From Octopus vulgaris (taxonomy: Eukaryota), in NCBI GenBank assembly GCA_951406725.2, contig OX597817.1, forward strand, positions 80,414,001 through 80,478,000: a DNA stretch of 64,000 nucleotides. The letters are read 5' to 3'. Every line of letters begins with the position of its first letter. Within the stretch, counting starts at the first letter, position 1. Position numbers and translations under genes: made by a program. This document shows positions 57,605-64,000 of this stretch, piece by piece. Below the pieces are notes generated by a model. That model was not told where the DNA came from. It worked only from the letters and a program-made list of their open reading frames with translations, and did not search any database.

Positions 57605-58340
57605 GACGCACGCACATACACACACACACGCACGAACGTGCACACATACCTAATACACACAGCCCCACGCACACACAAATACACACGCCAACATACACAC
57701 ACACACGTACACGCACACACGTACACACACACACACACACATACACGCAAAACAATGCAAATATATCTCCACATACAATCCCACGTTCACACACATATAC
57801 ACACGCACACACATACATACACGTTACACTCGCATATACATATACACACGCACATACGCATGAACGCACACATAACTCCCACACATTACAACACACACTC
57901 TTACATACACGCATACAATTACGCATACATGTGCATATACACGCACACATACACGCACACACATGCACGCACACGCACGCATAAACACACAGGGACGCAC
58001 ATATGCACCACATACACGAACATACACAGACATATACACAAACACATACACTCACACGCACACACACACATGTACACAAACACGTACACTCACACACTAC
58101 ACACACTAATACATACACTCACACAATTACACATACATTGACATATACACATGCACATACACGCACACACACGTACGCACACGCACACACACGCACGCAC
58201 AGACACACAGGAACGTACATTTACTCCACAGACGCAACCTCCCACACAATCTACACACACACACATACACACACACCTACAGTCATACACACAAATGAAT
58301 GAACACACTACACACAACATATACATACAGACACAAACAC
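57605..58340. repeat. Degenerate (CA)-rich low-complexity tract
   Basis: Directly visible; source of the His/Thr-rich ORFs. Confidence 0.9.
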
Positions 58341-58627
58341 ATAATTCAAACTGCCAGTGAAACACCTTTCTACTGACCATTCCTCTACGCACATGTGAAG
58401 AGACACAATTACACAAAAGACCACCACTCTTGTTACCATGCTGCTGAATTCTTCGTACGACGTTAAGAGGCACACAGTTCACTCACAGACTAGCGCGCAC
58501 ACACATACCTCCTTCTCTAACACTCTCCTGACTTAGAAACAACTTTTCTTCACCCTTTCCCTTCCCGTCATTTCAAAATGCAACCACATGTGAATACTCC
58601 CTCTTCCTTTCTATTGGACTTTCCTCT

Positions 58628-58662
58628 GTTTGTGAAGAAGAGCGTTGCTCGAAACGTTAAAC
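58628..58662 (+). ncRNA. Minimal type-I hammerhead-like motif (C3 mutated) in a PLE-like terminal repeat
   Basis: GTTT-gTGAAGA-A-GAGC-gtt-GCTC-GAAA-CG-TT-AAAC. Helices I and II pair perfectly; core C3 is replaced by G. Confidence 0.6.
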
Positions 58663-58767
58663 CATCTTTCTTTCCTTCCCTGAGCCTCTCCTAATACTTT
58701 ACATGTAGCACATTCTAGCGTTGTTGATTTTTTCTTTGTTGTGCTTTTTTTGGATTTACTACTTTAT

Positions 58768-58804
<37 letters not shown>

Positions 58805-59345
58805 CACACACATATTATATATACACACACGCACACATGCAGAGATAGAGATAGAGTTCAGTAGACTTTGATGTTTATCTCAGAGGCACATATCAAACAC
58901 GCCTTGCGAAGTCAACATCGGTATTACACAGAAATATTCAAACAAATATATATTTCAGTTTGCATCACGTATCGTATTTTTAATTCACTTCATGTCTGTT
59001 GTTCTTATTCATTAAGGACAATAGATATAAGAATTATTATATACTAACATACACAAACACACACACATATATATATATGTATATGGCTGCGCAAGTGTGT
59101 ATGCATCTACGTAGAAGAGTAATATATACATCGCATGTGTGAGATTGAATTGATAACCTGAATGTCTGATCATATTAATCGCTTTCACACGATGACATGA
59201 TCATATATTCAGTAATCTGTGCAAATGTATATACGCGCATGCCTGTTTATCGTAATTATATATATATATATATGCTTACATATACATGTGTGTATATATG
59301 TATGAGTATATCTCTATATATGTATGTGTGTGTGTATATATATAT

Positions 59346-59463
59346 TTCTACTATAGCCTGGGCTATAGTAGAAGATACTAACACAAGGTGATACGCAGTG
59401 GGACTGAACCCGGAACCATGTGGTTAGTAAGCAAGCTACTTACCAAACAACCACTCCTGCGCG
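59346..59463 (-). mobile_element. SINE family B 5' fragment
   Basis: Minus strand gcgcaggagtggttgtttggtaagtagcttgcttactaaccacatggttccgggttcagtcccactgcg. Confidence 0.85.
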
Positions 59464-59477
59464 TATATATATATATG

Positions 59478-59534
<57 letters not shown>

Positions 59535-59536
59535 AT

Positions 59537-59575
<39 letters not shown>

Positions 59576-59605
59576 TATATATATACATATATATACATAC
59601 ATACA

Positions 59606-59645
<40 letters not shown>

Positions 59646-60249
59646 TAACATGATAACATGCATAAGTAGTTATGAATTTATTTCTCTATAAGTACGTTTG
59701 TGCGTATATGTCTGTATATGTCTATACATTTTGTCTCCATGTAAGTGGTTAAGTACGTGTGTGAGTAAATCAAAGAGATGTATAGCCGTGGTATTATCAT
59801 TTTACCTTTACTTTTATTAGTATTTTTTATTAGTATTTATATTATACAAGCATTCATATGCTAACGCATATGAACACGTGTACATATTCACTGTTCAGAC
59901 TTAGACACATCTACTTGCGAAATGTACACATAAGTCCTTGTACATGCATGACTGCACAACATAGAATTGGCTATCTGCACCACTCCATTCTTGTGCAGTT
60001 ACCACCTAAAAATCTTCAATAATCTATAGCACTCTTTGGATAGATATAATATAGCTTTTCACCTTTTATCTCTCCCGCTTCTCTTTCTGTTCTCTTCGTT
60101 TCTGCTATTCTCTTCGTTTCTGTTCTTTTCGATGCTCTTGACACAAATTTTACACCCCACTCTCAGCTCCTCATCCTCCAAAGAAGCCTCGCTCTCCCGA
60201 CACAACACGTCTGCTATTCACGTATATGTACATATATATGTATACATTG

Positions 60250-60309
<60 letters not shown>

Positions 60310-60371
60310 TATATATATGCATATATGTATATATGCATATTTATATATATGTAAAAATACATATATATGTA

Positions 60372-60420
<49 letters not shown>

Positions 60421-60470
60421 CCGCACATACATATATAGATATATATATATATCTAAATATACACATATGT

Positions 60471-60524
<54 letters not shown>

Positions 60525-61039
60525 TTATATATATATATGCATATAAGTATATTCATAAATACAGAGATAAGATATATACATATTAACACAAGTTCTCGCC
60601 CTTTTGTCTCGTTCATACTTTACATACATGCCCACACACAGACATCATATGGCGGCTTGCAATCTTGTGCTACCAAGAATCTTTTATGTATTAGTCCCAG
60701 CACTAATATGAGCAAGTACAATAGGTATTGCTACCCCCCAACTCACCCTTTACTCTCTCCCTCACAATCACTGCATTGAACTGGAATTAATTCCAGCCAA
60801 GTAGATATATCATTTTCAAAGTAACGAGTTCTTATATATATTTCAATACTCCATTTATGTAGATATGTGTCTTTGTGTGTGTATACATTCACTTATATAC
60901 ATATATTTATGTATATATGAATACATATAATCATATAAATATAAATGTATAGATATATATATATGTTTATTAATTATCTATATACTATATGTATATAATA
61001 TATATATATATTCACACGTTCGTGTATTTTGATACATAC

Positions 61040-61076
<37 letters not shown>

Positions 61077-61090
61077 GGTATATATATATG

Positions 61091-61121
<31 letters not shown>

Positions 61122-61134
61122 GTATATATATATA

Positions 61135-61195
<61 letters not shown>

Positions 61196-61203
61196 ATATA
61201 TAA

Positions 61204-61254
<51 letters not shown>

Positions 61255-61619
61255 TTGTATGTATGTGCGTGCATTTGTGGTTCTAAGAATAAAAAATACA
61301 AACGAACAATAAAAATAAAAAACACAACCGAAAAGAAGCATGGTGTTATATACATTCGCCTTTCTCTTTCACACACAACAGCGCGCCTGATAGACAGCCT
61401 AGAGTATGAAACTTTATCATAAGATAACTCAGTCAGACCTCTTCACAAAGGGTAGACAATCTACTTGATTTTTAATTAACAAACGGCTCTCTGCCTTTAA
61501 GACGTAATTGTATGTACTTAGAGGAATTTGAACGAGTTCGTCAAAAAAACTGACATCATTTGGAGGCAAGGAAACAGAATAGAATTAATATTAGTATTAA
61601 TAAACCTACGTATAATTAG

Positions 61620-62232
61620 CAAAAGACATGAAATCTGTTGCGATGAGGGAAGCGGAATACATTGATCCAAGAGTTAGACTGGTACTTATTTTATCGACCA
61701 CGATAGGATGAAAGGTAATGTGGACCACGGCGGAATTTGAACTCAGAACGTAAAAAGAGGCGTAATGCTGCTATACACATTGTCCAGTTTTCTGCCAGCT
61801 CGCTGGCTTACAAATAATAATTATTATCATTTCAAAGATGGTGAGCTGACAGAATAGTTTGCACGCCTCCTTGCGTTTTGAGTTTAAATTCCGCTGAGGT
61901 CCACTTTACCTTTCATCCTTTCAGGGTCGGTGAAAAAAGTAACAATTATGTACAGGGGTCGATCTAATCGACTAGCCGCCGCCCCAAAATTTCAAGCCTT
62001 CTTACTTTAGTAGAAAGGTTTATTTCAAAGATGGTGAGCTGGCACAATCATTAGTACACCGGAGAAAAAAACTTAGCAGCACTTCGTCCGCCTCTACGTC
62101 CTGAGTTGAAATTCCTACCTCGCCTCTCATCCTTTCGGTCTTGATAAAATAAGTGTCCTTTGAGGGCGGGGTTCGATATAATCGACTTACCTGCTCCCCG
62201 AAATTACTGATCTTGTACCGAAATTTGAAATC
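61620..62232. mobile_element. Three SINE-A copies (minus 61620-61803; plus 61836-62015 and 62028-62232)
   Basis: Family A head and core motifs are present in each. Confidence 0.85.
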
Positions 62233-62239
62233 ATTATTA

Positions 62240-63800
62240 TTATCGTCTTCTCTCAGAATTGGTCTTATTCCTGTTAGAATTTCTGTGGATAACGCGTTAT
62301 TCCCTATAACTTTAGATACACATTACTTCAATGAATACCCAAGTATTCAAATCTCTTCTAATGGTTCTCCCCTACTCATAAGAAGCAAACCTTCTGTAGA
62401 CGCTTTACAAGTTATTTCTATTCGAACCTCCTTTATATGTTGGGATATTTCATCAATCACACTCCCTAATACACCAATTATCACTGGTACAATCTTTACA
62501 GATTTCATATAACAAATACTCTCAAACTCAGAATTTACTCAGATGTAGTTTTTCAAGTTTCCATTTATTTTCTTCACAACCCTAGTATGGCCATAATGGA
62601 TAACTCAGTATGCATATTTGAGTTTCCTTTCCTGTCAGTGTTATAACTGGCTTGTTATATTCCGTCTTCTTTTCCGCTTGCATTGGAAACGTCCACAAAA
62701 TCTTGTGTATTTCCAACTCAAGTATTTTTCTACCTGACGATTGCACCCTGTACTTCCAGCTTCAAACTAACATGTTTGACAAAACTTCCAATGTTAAAAC
62801 TTGCACAACTTTATCATATCTGAGTTTCTTATATCCACCCTGAAGGCAACTTGGAGCACTGTGCAACAATGCATGCCATTGTCTCAATCCAAATTTCACA
62901 TACGCTACATTGTGTTGATACTTTCTCTCCGTACACATATTTTCTCAATATGTCTGTTTGCAGTGCTTGATCTTGAGCTGTCATAATAAGGCTCTCTTTT
63001 TTTGTATCCAGGTAAAAAAAAAGTCACAGGAAAAAAGTCACAGTATTAAAGTCACAGGGATTTTGTCCGGGGGTAGTTTTGTCCGAGAAGGTTTTGTCCT
63101 AGGGAGGTTTTGTCCCGACCCCATAAATTAATTGTAACTTGTTTTTTCTTTTGACTTTATTACCGGCCACCATAAATTAATTGTGACTTTTTCCTTTGAC
63201 TTTATTACCGGCCAACATAAATTAATTGTGACTTTTTTCTTGTGACTTTATTACCAGTCACCCTTTCTACGTGTGTCCCTATGTCAACCAAGCGCAAAAT
63301 GATATTCTATATACATCCTCAATGGCTTTCCAAACTGACTTTGTAAAGAAACTTCTTCAATTTGTTCAACATGTTCTCTTTGAATTTCTTCAATTTTGTC
63401 CTTTTTCTCTTTTTCCAGTTCTTTATTCAACGCCTATAACAACTTATCAGTAATGCCCTGCAAATAATCAAGTAAGTTCATTCATTCCATTTACACATAC
63501 GTTTCCACATCAATTAAGCTTCATCAACCCTGGTCTTCCTTCCAGGACAGCCGCTTGATATCAGCCTTCGAATCCTTCGAATACATAAACATTAGTTTTT
63601 CTAGTTTCCGTGTAAAGTTTCTGCATTTCGCCTTTTGTCCATTCCACATCCCCATACCTAATAATTGGCACTACTCTTGAATTAATAACCCCAATGACAT
63701 TTCTTGAACTCAGCCTTCACTCAATTCTACCATTTCTCACTCTCCTTTTATGGCTACTACTTGCAATTTGCGTCATCACTATATGTTTTATTTCATCTGA
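62240..63800 (-). mobile_element. Decayed R4/Dong-clade LINE, interrupted by a MITE
   Basis: Minus strand CSVCEIWIETMACIVAQCSKL..GYKKLRYDKVVQVL...HKILWTFPMQ..KTEYNKP...MKSVKIVPVIIGVLGSV. The 3' end abuts a short (TAA)n. Confidence 0.7.
63008..63262. mobile_element. DNA-transposon-like MITE with tandem subterminal repeats
   Basis: (aaagtcacag)x3 on the left, (ttttgtcc)x4 in the middle, and three ~45-bp units containing tgtgacttt/tgactttattacc on the right, inverted relative to the left motifs. Confidence 0.6.
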
Positions 63801-64000
63801 CTCGAGTATTTTCAGATAGTTTGCACGCCTCCTTGCGTTTTGAGTTTAAATTCCGCTGAGGTCGACTTTACCTTTCATCCTTTCAGGGTCGGTGAAAAAA
63901 GTAACAATTATGTACAATTATATATCTCTTATCATTATCGTCATCATCATCCTCATCCTCATCATCATTATTATTATTATTTACTTTTAACCTGCATGTT

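Overview
AT-rich, non-coding eukaryotic (metazoan) DNA, very dense in (TA)n, (CA)n, (TAGA)n, (TACA)n and (TAA/TTA)n microsatellites. The repeat families look like those of an octopus-type cephalopod; this is inferred from recalled SINE consensus sequences, not from a database search. No intact host protein-coding gene could be supported, and almost every ORF in the track is a microsatellite artefact. The window is a nested graveyard of transposable elements. It contains several tRNA-derived SINE families, three decayed R4/Dong-type LINEs, RTE, CR1 and Tx1 fragments, several decayed Penelope-like element (PLE) remnants, Tc1, maT, mariner and hAT remnants, and non-autonomous Helitrons plus one Helentron-type element. 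The most interesting signals are: (i) minimal type-I hammerhead ribozyme motifs in PLE-like terminal repeats, near-intact at 39042-39077 and 58628-58662; (ii) an 86-bp-arm hairpin whose six mismatches are all A/G; (iii) a SINE trimer suggesting insertion into its own copies; (iv) a 101-bp near-identical local copy of a diverged SINE; (v) a promoter-like CCAAT/ETS/YY1 cluster. All alignments were done by eye, so boundaries of decayed elements are approximate.
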